This document shows, piece after piece, positions 33,308-42,603 of a DNA stretch of 64,000 nucleotides. Positions within the stretch are counted from its first letter, which is position 1. The number at the start of each line of letters is the position of its first letter. The notes beneath the pieces are model-generated. The model was not told the DNA's origin, ran no database searches, and worked only from the letters and a program-made list of their open reading frames with translations. The stretch is taken from assembly GCA_963813345.1 (NCBI GenBank), contig CAWEYR010000019.1, forward strand, positions 41,689-105,688, given 5' to 3'. The translations under genes and the position numbers were made by a program. Source of the DNA: an uncultured Acidobacteriota bacterium (GTDB lineage Bacteria; Acidobacteriota; Blastocatellia; RBC074).

Positions 33308-33370
33308 CTCCGATTTCAATTTGACTTTGGCGTAGTCCAACCGATTAAATAGCTTATTTCCGGAGTTTTT

Positions 33371-34503
33371 ATGGACTACAGCTTTGAACTAGTCAAGAAG
33401 TACGCTCGCGTACTCACCGGTCAGGTAACTTCGCCGGTTGTTCTGAATATCCTGATTACAAGCGTCTGCGACATGCGCTGCGTCCACTGCTTTTTTACCG
33501 AGGAGCTGGACGACAAGCCGAGAAAAAAGCTGCAGATGTCTACCAGCGAGCTCGTTCGCATCAGCGAAACCCTCGGTGGGAAGCTTCCGGTTCTGATCAT
33601 TGCCGGCGGCGAACCGTTTACCCGCAAGGATCTTCCAGAGGTAGCACGCGCATTCTATGAGAAGAACGAGCTCGAATCGATCTATCTGATGTCCAACGGT
33701 CAGATTCAAAAGCGAATCATCCCGGATGTAACGCGGATTCTGGAAGAGTGTCCGGATCTGAATGTCACAGTCGCGCTCGGCATAGATGGCCTTGAAAGAG
33801 AGCACGACAAGATCCGGCAGAAAGCCGGGCAGTTGGCACATCGCGATCGATACCGCCCGCCAGTTGAAGGAGCTCAAGGCGGCGCGTTTCCCGCGGCTCG
33901 ACGTGCAAACCTGCACGTGTCGTCATGAATTCCAATCAGGACCGAATCTTTGATTGGTACGATTATCTTCGGTACGAGCTCAAACCGGACAAGATCAACG
34001 TCAACTACATTCGCCCGCCGTCAGCAAAGCCCGAGGAGCTGAACATCGATCTCGGTCGCTACCGGAAACTGTCGCAGATGATCGATGATGATTCGCGTCA
34101 CGGTGTCATTCATAACCACTACAATGGCGATGCGGGATTCTTTAAAGCTGCAATCGATATCTACATGCATGACCTCATAGCGAAGACTGAAGAAGAGCAC
34201 AAACCCCAGCTTCGCTGTTACGCGGGAACGACGGGTGCGGTGATCTATGATGAAGGCACGGTTTCGAGTTGTGAGAATCTGTCGCCGGTAGGGAATTTGC
34301 GCGACTATGACTGGAACTTCTGGGCGTTATGGAATTCACCTGAAATCAAGGTTCGCCGCAAGGAAGTGGCGGACGGGTGTTTCTGCACTCACGAATCCAA
34401 TTGTTACTATCCGTCACTCGCCTTCAATCCGAAGCATCTGGTGCAGATAAAGAAGATCGAATGGGAGATGAAACGTTCGCACGCTGCGGAATTGCATGGC
34501 TGA
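33371..34503 (+). CDS. Radical SAM protein with SPASM/twitch domain (frameshifts near 33825 and 33920)
   Basis: CDMRCVHC, GGEP, CYAG...SSCE...GCFCTHESNC. Confidence 0.88.
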
Positions 34504-35692
34504 AGACCTCGCCCGAAAATTCCTGATAATCACTTCAGACACTGGCGGGGGACACGGCAGTGCTGCAGTAGCCATTGCCGAGGGTTTGGCGCGGTTTGGC
34601 CGACCCGATTGTCTGGTCAATATCGCGCGCGCGATCGAAGAATCGCATCTTCTCGCCCAGAAGCTGACCGATTTCTACAATTACCTGCTGCGGTATCACC
34701 AGCCGCTGATGAAGTACTACTACTGGGCTGTTGATCGTTTTCGTCCAAACGAATCGAGTCTGCTTTATCGCATGACACAACGCTACGGCCGCCAGCTTTT
34801 TGAGAAGTACTGCCCGCAAGTGGTTGTTTCGGTACATCCAATGGCGCAGCACTTCATCGCAAGAATGCTGCGCGATCTTGGTTTGACCGACAAGATTCCG
34901 CTTGTGACCGTGGTCACGGACCCGTGCTATGGCTTCTGGCGTGGCTGGGCGTGCAAGGACGTCAACCTTTACATTGTAGCGACGGAAGCGGCGAAACAGC
35001 AGTTGATCGACTTTGGGATTCTCGAGGAACGGATACGAATCTGCGGAATTCCGATCCACCCGAAGTTTCAGCGTGCCGGTGATGAGGACCCGCGAGAAGT
35101 TCGCAAGGACCTCGGACTGGATGCCGATCGCTTTACGATCTTTGTCAATGCCGGCTGGATTGGTGGAGGAAACATTCCTCGCATCTTTGCTGAGATGGTG
35201 AATCAGGGCGGTGACTTGAAGGATGCTCAGGCGATCTTTCTTGCGGGTCACAACCTGGAGCTTCGCGCCGAGGCTGAAGCCCTGGCAGCACGCTCTCCGT
35301 TTCCAGCGAAGGTCATTGGCTATACTGACAAGATGGAGCGAGTGATGAACGCGGCCGATGTCATGGTTTCAAAGCTCGGAGGGCTGACAACCTTCGAAGC
35401 ACTTGCGAGCCGTCTGCCAATTATCGCCGACACAACAACACGTCCGATGCCGCAGGAATCGCAGACCGCAAAGCTTCTCGAGAAGCATCGCGCTGGCATT
35501 CTTCTCGAGCGTGCCAGTGAAATTGTTCCGGTCATTCGTCGACTGGTCCGCAATCCTGCCGAGCATGCAGCAATGAAGCTGGCTGCGGCACGTCTTGCAG
35601 TCCCTGACGCCACTCGTCGCGTCGTTGACGAGTTGATGCGTAAGGTTGATGAAGTCACATCAACTCCCACTCCGGTCCTGGCGCGAAAATAG
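34496..35692 (+). CDS. MGDG synthase / UgtP-like diacylglycerol glycosyltransferase (GT28)
   Basis: SDTGGGH, VSVHP, TVVTD, GIPIHPKF, SKLGGLT..EAL, PQE. Confidence 0.9.
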   Translation: MAEDLARKFLIITSDTGGGHGSAAVAIAEGLARFGRPDCLVNIARAIEESHLLAQKLTDFYNYLLRYHQPLMKYYYWAVDRFRPNESSLLYRMTQRYGRQLFEKYCPQVVVSVHPMAQHFIARMLRDLGLTDKIPLVTVVTDPCYGFWRGWACKDVNLYIVATEAAKQQLIDFGILEERIRICGIPIHPKFQRAGDEDPREVRKDLGLDADRFTIFVNAGWIGGGNIPRIFAEMVNQGGDLKDAQAIFLAGHNLELRAEAEALAARSPFPAKVIGYTDKMERVMNAADVMVSKLGGLTTFEALASRLPIIADTTTRPMPQESQTAKLLEKHRAGILLERASEIVPVIRRLVRNPAEHAAMKLAAARLAVPDATRRVVDELMRKVDEVTSTPTPVLARK

Positions 35693-35721
35693 CGACAACC
35701 GGTACTCAATCGACAATCAAT

Positions 35722-36468
35722 ATGGGTTTACTCGAAGGAAAGAAAGTAATCATAACCGGGGGTTCGCGCGGAATCGGGCGCGCCCTGTGCGATGTCTTTG
35801 CGCGCGAAGGCGCCGACATTGCGTTTAACTATAACGTCAGCGACGAACGCGCCGCGGCGACGCTTGAACGCATTGAATCCTTTGGACGGCACGGCCTCGC
35901 TTTCAAGGTCTCAGTCACTGACCGCCCGGCAATCAACCGGATGGTCCGCCAGGTGATCGAGAAGTTCGGCAGGATAGACATCCTGGTCAACAACGCTGCC
36001 ATAAATCGCGGTGACAACTTCGCGACCATGACCGAACGAGCCTGGGACGAGGTGATCGACACCAACGTCAATGGGCTTTTCAATGTCACCAAGCCAGTCT
36101 TCAAACAGATGCTAAGGCAGCGTGCCGGTAACATTCTCAACATGAGCAGCATCGGCGCGCTTCGGGCGCTTCCAACGTCCGTACACTACGCCACATCCAA
36201 GGCAGCAGTCATCGGATTCACCAAATGCCTGTCGCGCGAAGGCTCGGCGTTTGGCGTTGTGGTCAACGCGATTGCCGCCGGCATCTTTGATACGGATCTT
36301 TCCGATGCATTACCCGAACGCCTGCTCGAGATGCACAAATTCTGGTGCGCTAAAGGCCGGCGTGGTCATCCCGAAGAGCTCGCCGAATTCGCGGCATTCA
36401 TGGTGTCAGATAGGAACAGCTATATGATCGGCGAGGTCATCACGGTCGACGGTGGGAGCATTACCTGA
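35722..36468 (+). CDS. SDR, FabG-like reductase
   Basis: TGGSRGIG, NNAA, YATSK. Confidence 0.92.
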   Translation: MGLLEGKKVIITGGSRGIGRALCDVFAREGADIAFNYNVSDERAAATLERIESFGRHGLAFKVSVTDRPAINRMVRQVIEKFGRIDILVNNAAINRGDNFATMTERAWDEVIDTNVNGLFNVTKPVFKQMLRQRAGNILNMSSIGALRALPTSVHYATSKAAVIGFTKCLSREGSAFGVVVNAIAAGIFDTDLSDALPERLLEMHKFWCAKGRRGHPEELAEFAAFMVSDRNSYMIGEVITVDGGSIT

Positions 36469-37058
36469 GTCCGCGTCGTTTTTCAGATCTGACAGCAGCC
36501 TTCACATTCGCGGCCATATCAGTAGCTGTCGTCTCAGGCAGGTTGGATGGTCTCGACACACAAATCATCCGCGCAGTGCAGTCGCTGGCGCCTCTGAGCG
36601 CCTTCATGCAATTGATCACGCATGCGGGCGACACCATCACACTCCTTACCGTCACCGCTCTCGTCTCGATCCTTATGTATGTTGCGATCGGACGTAAGCG
36701 CCCGGCGGCGGCGTTATGGCTGAACGTCGGGATCGCTTATGCACTCAATAACGCGGTGAAATACCTCTTTGCGAGGGCGCGTCCGGATTTTTCGAATGTC
36801 TATGTGGATCCGCTGAGCTACAGTTTTCCGAGCGGGCACGCGATGGTTTCGGCCGCTGTGTACGGGCTGTCCGCGTACTTGCTCTCGATCGCGTTCCCAA
36901 AGTATCGCGTTGCAATTCGTCTGGCAGCAGTTCTGCTGGTGCTTGCGATTGGCTTGAGCCGCGCCTATCTCGATGCTCATTGGCCAAGCGATGTTCTCGC
37001 TGGATTCGCTGCCGGCTGGATAATCGTTTCGATGATGGTGAGATGGTACGAGAGGTGA
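36465..37058 (+). CDS. PAP2-family membrane phosphatase (start uncertain)
   Basis: K....RARP, SFPSGH, SRAYLDAHWPSD; frame open upstream of TTG 36543 to a CTG overlapping the SDR stop. Confidence 0.88.
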   Translation: MSPRRFSDLTAAFTFAAISVAVVSGRLDGLDTQIIRAVQSLAPLSAFMQLITHAGDTITLLTVTALVSILMYVAIGRKRPAAALWLNVGIAYALNNAVKYLFARARPDFSNVYVDPLSYSFPSGHAMVSAAVYGLSAYLLSIAFPKYRVAIRLAAVLLVLAIGLSRAYLDAHWPSDVLAGFAAGWIIVSMMVRWYER

Positions 37059-37087
37059 GCAGGGGAAGTGGTCGGTGGTCAGTGGTA

Positions 37088-37561
37088 TCAGTGGCCGGAA
37101 GTCTCACGCTTCATCCATTCAAAAACGCGATAGTGATCCCCATCCATTCCGAGGCGCGCATAGACCTCCTGCGCGCCGACATTCCGCGTATCGACATAGA
37201 GGCGGATTCCGCGGAGGCTCGAGTCAGCTTCGACGAGACTTCTGACGTGTTCGTAAAGGCCGGCATAGACGCCCTGGCGGCGATGTTCTGGCGCGACGTA
37301 GACGCTTTGAATCCACCAGACCAGGCCATTTCGCCAATCGCTCCACTCGTACGTGATGAGCGTCGAGCCGATTATTCTGCCGTCCTTCTCAGCAACAAAG
37401 TATCGACCTTTCGACGGCTCCTCAAAGACAGCATCTACACCGCGCGCACACGTGTCGCGATCGAGATCAAGATCTTCAGTCTCGGAAGCCATTCTGATCT
37501 GAAACTCGACAATCGTGGCAGCGTCGCTCGGCGTCGCTTCTCTATATATGGTTGAAGGCAT
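37088..37561 (-). CDS. GNAT N-acetyltransferase
   Basis: TYEWSDWRNG..WWIQSVYV.PEHRRQG. Confidence 0.9.
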   Translation of the reverse strand: MPSTIYREATPSDAATIVEFQIRMASETEDLDLDRDTCARGVDAVFEEPSKGRYFVAEKDGRIIGSTLITYEWSDWRNGLVWWIQSVYVAPEHRRQGVYAGLYEHVRSLVEADSSLRGIRLYVDTRNVGAQEVYARLGMDGDHYRVFEWMKRETSGH

Positions 37562-37578
37562 GAACGAGTGGTCGGGTG

Positions 37579-37641
37579 GTTTGTGTTCAAGCTTTAGCAT
37601 GGGGTCCATTGAAACTCACAAGCTAAAGCTTGAACTCAAAC
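37579..37641. repeat. REP family B inverted pair (degenerate), just downstream of the tRNA
   Basis: GTTCAAGCTTTAGCATG ... CAAGCTAAAGCTTGAAC. Confidence 0.8.
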
Positions 37642-37651
37642 ACTTCTTATA

Positions 37652-37723
<72 letters not shown>

Positions 37724-37776
37724 GTGATCGCTCATCAAGATAGCCTGTGGATACTAGCAGAGCGGTTTGGAGAGGG

Positions 37777-38652
37777 TCAATACGACCCCGAAGGCGCTTT
37801 GGCAGTGGTAGCAGAACCACGTGACTCCTGGACGATCTTGACACCTGCACTCGCTCCGACTCGCGTCGCACCCGCCGCGATCATCTCGCGCATCGAGCTC
37901 AGGTCCTTGACACCGCCCGCCGCCTTGACACCCATTTCTGATCCAACCGCCTGACGCATCAACGCAATGTCGGCGACTGTGGCTCCACCTTTACTGAACC
38001 CGGTCGATGTCTTCACGAAGTCCGCGCCAGCCGCTTTGGCAAGCCGGCACGCGCGCACCTTCTCTTCATCGGAAAGCAGCGCGGTCTCGAGGATGACTTT
38101 CACGATGGCGCACGACTCATGAGAGACTTCGACCACGTGGCGAATATCGCGCAGCACAGTTTCATCGTCGTTCGATTTGAGCGCGCCGATATTGATCACC
38201 ATGTCGATTTCTGTTGCTCCGTCGAATATCGTCCGTCTGGCTTCATAGGCCTTCACATCCGGGAGCGTTGCGCCGAGCGGAAATCCAACGACCGTGCAGA
38301 CCTTGACTGTTGATCCGTAGAGCGCGAAGGCGCAATCCCTGACCCAGGTCGGATTCACGCAGACAGACGCAAAATCAAACCGCTTCGCTTCAGCACAAAG
38401 TGTTTCGATCTCAGCACGCGACGCTTCCGGTTTGAGGAGCGTGTGATCGATGTATTTGGAAACATCACCTGAGCCGGCAGCAGCTTGTCCCGCTGCAAGA
38501 CCAATACGAGACGCTCCCGCCTGTATCGCGCAGGCGATCGAGTGCGGACTGCAGGCGTGACCGTCTTCGACTTCGATCCCGCCATCAGCGCGAAGCCTCG
38601 ATACGATCAGGTCAGTGATCTGTTCAATGAGAGCGTCTCTTTCCAGATTCAT
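37777..38652 (-). CDS. deoC: Deoxyribose-phosphate aldolase with N-terminal extension
   Basis: [29 protein letters not shown]. Confidence 0.95.
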   Translation of the reverse strand: MNLERDALIEQITDLIVSRLRADGGIEVEDGHACSPHSIACAIQAGASRIGLAAGQAAAGSGDVSKYIDHTLLKPEASRAEIETLCAEAKRFDFASVCVNPTWVRDCAFALYGSTVKVCTVVGFPLGATLPDVKAYEARRTIFDGATEIDMVINIGALKSNDDETVLRDIRHVVEVSHESCAIVKVILETALLSDEEKVRACRLAKAAGADFVKTSTGFSKGGATVADIALMRQAVGSEMGVKAAGGVKDLSSMREMIAAGATRVGASAGVKIVQESRGSATTAKAPSGSY

Positions 38653-39101
38653 TACCCGGCCGCCACCCGTCGTTTGACCTGACATTCAAAGCAGATGCCG
38701 AAGATCCGCAAAGAGTGGTTGGTTGGCTGAAACTGATATTGACGCGCAATCTCGTCCTGCTTGTTTTCAATCACTTCGCTGTAAAACTCGATCAACGCGC
38801 CGCATTCGGTGCAGATAAGATGGTCGTGATGCTGATGATTGTAGAGATGCTCGTAGCGAGTCCTTCCATCGCCAAGCCTCTCTTCGCGCGCCAGCCCGCA
38901 TTCAGCAAGAAGCTTGAGAGTTCTGTAGACTGTCGTCGCGCCGACATGCGGGTCTTTGGCCTTGATGATCTGATAGAGTTCTTCAGCGCTTGAATGACCT
39001 TCAGTCTCAAGGAAGACATCAAGGATAAGCTCCCGTTGTGCAGTCCTTTTAAAACCGGACCGCTTCAGGTGCTCGAAGAAAATGTCCTTCTCCTTTGACA
39101 T
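38652..39101 (-). CDS. fur: Fur-family transcriptional regulator
   Basis: [23 protein letters not shown]. Confidence 0.9.
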   Translation of the reverse strand: MSKEKDIFFEHLKRSGFKRTAQRELILDVFLETEGHSSAEELYQIIKAKDPHVGATTVYRTLKLLAECGLAREERLGDGRTRYEHLYNHQHHDHLICTECGALIEFYSEVIENKQDEIARQYQFQPTNHSLRIFGICFECQVKRRVAAG

Positions 39102-39140
39102 CGCGGCGACTCCGATGGCTTTGCAATCATTCTAGCACAA

Positions 39141-39216
39141 GGTATGGAGTTCAAGCTTCAGCTTGCTGGTTTGTAGTTCGATTGCTAAGAGCAAGCTGAA
39201 GCTTGAACTCCATACC
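39141..39216. repeat. REP family B inverted pair
   Basis: GGTATGGAGTTCAAGCTTCAGCTTG ... CAAGCTGAAGCTTGAACTCCATACC. Confidence 0.92.
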
Positions 39217-39482
39217 AAATCTTTTTCAATGATTGGGTCAACAATGCTTCGTTCTCTTGCATCGTTCGATGTGGTGTGAAAGAATGCGCTCCACTGTTTA
39301 GCAGGCAGCCACCTTCTGCTAAGTTATTGAACATAGGATATTTGCATTGCAGGTCGACTTATCCCCCGACGGATCGGCGATTCGACGAAAATAGGCGTCT
39401 GCGTTAGCATAATTCAAGGACAGGCTACGTTCCGCTCCGGCCTTTCGGAGGCGCGGGCTCACCACCCGCAAAGTGGAAAATC

Positions 39483-40940
39483 ATGAGCGATACGTCTCAG
39501 TGGGGTGCACTCCTCACAGGAATCAAGTCTCGAATAAATCAGGAGAGTTTCAACACCTGGTTCAGGCCAATCACGTTTCTCGGCCAGGAGGAAAACCGAA
39601 TCAGGCTGGGTATTCCAGATACCGTTTTCAAGGACTGGATATCGACCAACTACAAGGACCTCCTGGACGAAGTCAAAGCAGAGAACAAACTGCAAGAGTG
39701 CGAGTTCCTGTTCGAAGTTGTCACCGACACCAACGTTCCGCCCTCTTCAGACGAAAGGGAAGAAGCAGAAGACGCGGCTGGCAATGCACAAACTTTTGCC
39801 GAGACCAGGGCAGTCTCAGGCAGTCGTTCGAACGGAGCAGCTGCCGCAGCCAGGGCCGCAACTATCCCGATCGAAAATGACCCCGACGCCACGCGTGCTG
39901 CCGCACGCGAGAGCGCATTCACCGACCTTCCTTTAAACAAGCGATACACGTTCGATACTTTTGTGGTCGGCTCATGCAATCAATTCGCGCACGCCGCAGC
40001 CGTCGCTGTCGCAGACTCCCTCGGAAGGGCTTACAACCCACTCTACATTTATGGCGGCGTTGGTCTGGGTAAAACACACCTGATGTGTGCAATTGGTCAG
40101 AGGGTCAGACAACAAAACCGCCACGCCAGGCTGAGCTACATTTCTGCGGAAACGTTCATGAACGAGCTTATCAACGCAATCCGCTACGAAAAGACAATCA
40201 ACTTTCGCGAAATGTATCGATCGATTGACGTGCTGCTGATCGACGATATCCAGTTTCTTGCAGGCAAGGAGCGTACTCAGGAAGAGTTCTTTCACACCTT
40301 CAATGCCCTTTACGACGGTGAGAAGCAGATCATAATCTCGTCCGATTGTCCTCCACGTGAGATACCAACGCTCGAGGAAAGACTGCATTCGCGATTTGAA
40401 TGGGGTCTCATAGCCGACATACAGCCTCCTGATCTGGAAACCAAAGTTGCGATTCTGCGAAGGAAAGCCGAGACCGAGCAGATCGACCTTCCGGACAATG
40501 TCGCACTCTTCATAGCAAGCAAGATCAAGTCGAATATTCGGGAACTCGAGGGATCGCTCGTGCGTCTGACTGCACTCTCGTCGCTTCGCGGCGAACAGAT
40601 CAACCTCGCGCTCGCCCAGGAAGCAATCAAGAACATCATCGAAGATGAAGAGCGCTCGATCACGATTGAGCTGATTCAAAAGGTCGTAGCGGAGTTTTAT
40701 AATTTGCGGGTTGCGGATTTGAAGTCAAAATCCAATACCCGGGCCATCGCAGTGCCACGCCAGATTGCAATGCATCTTTGTAAGATATTGACCAAAGCGA
40801 GCTTACCCGAAATTGGCAGGGCTTTCGGTGGAAAGCATCATACAACCGTGCTGCATAGCATCAACAAAATCAATGGTTTATATGAGCAGAAGGGCGATAT
40901 CCACAGGGTTGTCAACAGCCTAATTGCTAACTGCAAATAG
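39483..40940 (+). CDS. dnaA: Chromosomal replication initiator DnaA
   Basis: [42 protein letters not shown]. Confidence 0.99.
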   Translation: MSDTSQWGALLTGIKSRINQESFNTWFRPITFLGQEENRIRLGIPDTVFKDWISTNYKDLLDEVKAENKLQECEFLFEVVTDTNVPPSSDEREEAEDAAGNAQTFAETRAVSGSRSNGAAAAARAATIPIENDPDATRAAARESAFTDLPLNKRYTFDTFVVGSCNQFAHAAAVAVADSLGRAYNPLYIYGGVGLGKTHLMCAIGQRVRQQNRHARLSYISAETFMNELINAIRYEKTINFREMYRSIDVLLIDDIQFLAGKERTQEEFFHTFNALYDGEKQIIISSDCPPREIPTLEERLHSRFEWGLIADIQPPDLETKVAILRRKAETEQIDLPDNVALFIASKIKSNIRELEGSLVRLTALSSLRGEQINLALAQEAIKNIIEDEERSITIELIQKVVAEFYNLRVADLKSKSNTRAIAVPRQIAMHLCKILTKASLPEIGRAFGGKHHTTVLHSINKINGLYEQKGDIHRVVNSLIANCK

Positions 40941-41220
40941 TTTAGACCACTTTTCCACACCCACTCGCGAGACGGGCGGTGGATCTCTGTTAATATCTGT
41001 GAATAACTTCAAAAGGTCGCAGAATTTCCCACAGGCGGGCTCGCAACCTGGCACTATTCCACAGCGTTTTCCACAGGCTTTTGTGGCAACTAGCTTTTTG
41101 AATGCAACAGTTACAATAAGATATTCACTTTTCGACAGCAACTACTAATACTACTGGATTTAGTACCAGTATTTTAGGCATTTAGTAGAAGAAAATAGTG
41201 GTACTAGGGAGCAAGTCATA
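40941..41220. other. Replication origin oriC
   Basis: AT-rich dnaA-dnaN spacer with DnaA-box-like 9-mers (TTTTCCACA 40951, TGTGAATAA 40998, TTTCCCACA 41025, TATTCCACA 41055, TTTTCCACA 41067, TTTTCGACA 41129) and DnaA-trios CTACTAATACTACT 41142-41155. Confidence 0.9.
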
Positions 41221-42324
41221 ATGAAGTTTTCGATTGGCAAGTCGGCCTTCCTGAAAGAACTCGGCTTCGTACAAGGCGTAGTGGATCGGAAGAATACGAT
41301 CCCTATACTTTCAAATCTTGTTGTCGATGCACGCGATGGCGAGGTTCGATTCAAAGCGACAGACCTCGACATCACCGTCGCAACGGCCTGCGCAGCCAAT
41401 GTACAGGAAGAAGGGGCAGCGTGCCTTCCTGCGAAGAAGCTCTTCGAGATTGTCCGATCTCTTCCGGACGCAGAGGTGGAAGTACAGGCAGGGTCCGGAG
41501 ACCCTGTTCGTATCGCATGCGGGCGGTCGCGATTCAAAATGCCATCTACTGCAAGGGAGAATTTCCCAGATACTCCCGATTACACGGGTGAGGCGACCCA
41601 GCTTCCATCTGAGACTCTGCGTACCTTTATTAATCGCACACAGTTCGCAATCACGAACGAAGAATCACGCTATGCCCTCAATGGATCGAAATTTGAACTC
41701 TCGGAAAAGGGCATACGAATGGTTGCGACTGACGGGCACCGGTTGGCATTTATCGAATCGACGTCACCACTCGCCACAAGCCGAAAAGTCGACGTAATAA
41801 TCCCGAAAAAATCGCTCAATGAATTGGCCAAGCTGAGTACCGAAGGCGAGGATTCGGTCGAGTTCGGAAACGATGAAAATCACCTGTTCTTCTCGGTTGG
41901 AAAACGCAAGCTGTCGACCAGGGTCGTCAGCGGGCAGTTTCCGAACTACGAGATGGTGCTCCCGAAGGAGAATGAAAACAGGCTGGTGGTCAGTTGCGCC
42001 GAGGTAGCGGGTGCGATACGACGCGTCGCATTGATGGCAGATGAGCGCTCACACCTCATCAGATTTGACATAAAGCCCGGCCAGATGCACGTCAGTTCAC
42101 AGGCTGCCGATGTTGGAGAAGCAGGTGAAGACCTGGAGGTCGAGTACACGGGACCGCCGATCAATGCTGGATTCAATGCACAGTACTTGAATGATTTCTT
42201 CAGTGTCATCCAGGACGGCACTGTCGCCTTCGAATTCAAGGATGGCAATTCCCAGGCCCAGATTCGCCCCGTAGTCGACGGCGGTTACGATTTCAGATAC
42301 GTCGTCATGCCGATGAGACTGTAG
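41221..42324 (+). CDS. dnaN: DNA polymerase III beta clamp
   Basis: PILSN, ATDLD, VATDGHRL, FPNY, YVVMPMRL. Confidence 0.99.
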   Translation: MKFSIGKSAFLKELGFVQGVVDRKNTIPILSNLVVDARDGEVRFKATDLDITVATACAANVQEEGAACLPAKKLFEIVRSLPDAEVEVQAGSGDPVRIACGRSRFKMPSTARENFPDTPDYTGEATQLPSETLRTFINRTQFAITNEESRYALNGSKFELSEKGIRMVATDGHRLAFIESTSPLATSRKVDVIIPKKSLNELAKLSTEGEDSVEFGNDENHLFFSVGKRKLSTRVVSGQFPNYEMVLPKENENRLVVSCAEVAGAIRRVALMADERSHLIRFDIKPGQMHVSSQAADVGEAGEDLEVEYTGPPINAGFNAQYLNDFFSVIQDGTVAFEFKDGNSQAQIRPVVDGGYDFRYVVMPMRL

Positions 42325-42472
42325 GAAGAAGTGACAGTGGTCAGTGGCCAGTGGTCAGTGTAAAGAGTTCAAGCTTTAGCTTGCTGTCAACTAGCTAGAG
42401 TGCAAAGAGCAAGCTAAAGCTTGAACTCCATACACTGACCACCGGCCACTGACCACTGGTCACTTTCTTCCT
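42323..42472. repeat. Composite hairpin: (GTGGTCA)n + REP-B pair + (TGACCAC)n
   Basis: Direct sequence; closed by AGGAAGAA...TTCTTCCT. Confidence 0.9.
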
Positions 42473-42496
42473 TAAATGTAATTAATTAGTTGCAGG

Positions 42497-42521
42497 GGAA
42501 CAAAGTCCGTACGAAAACGTT
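42497..42521 (+). promoter_or_regulatory. Putative ECF sigma promoter GGAAC-N16-CGTT
   Basis: GGAAC AAAGTCCGTACGAAAA CGTT. Confidence 0.5.
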
Positions 42522-42529
42522 CTAAATAG

Positions 42530-42603
42530 TACGGGTGAACCTCCTGATAGTGGCGATCGTGGCGAGTCTGGGGTGGGTTCTTAGCTGCGATCGCCCTCTT
42601 TTT
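42530..42603 (+). ncRNA. Candidate small RNA (anti-SD CCTCCT plus intrinsic terminator)
   Basis: Follows the ECF-like promoter; 12-bp stem 42552-42563/42584-42595 with G-U pairs only on the + strand, then CTCTTTTT. Confidence 0.4.
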
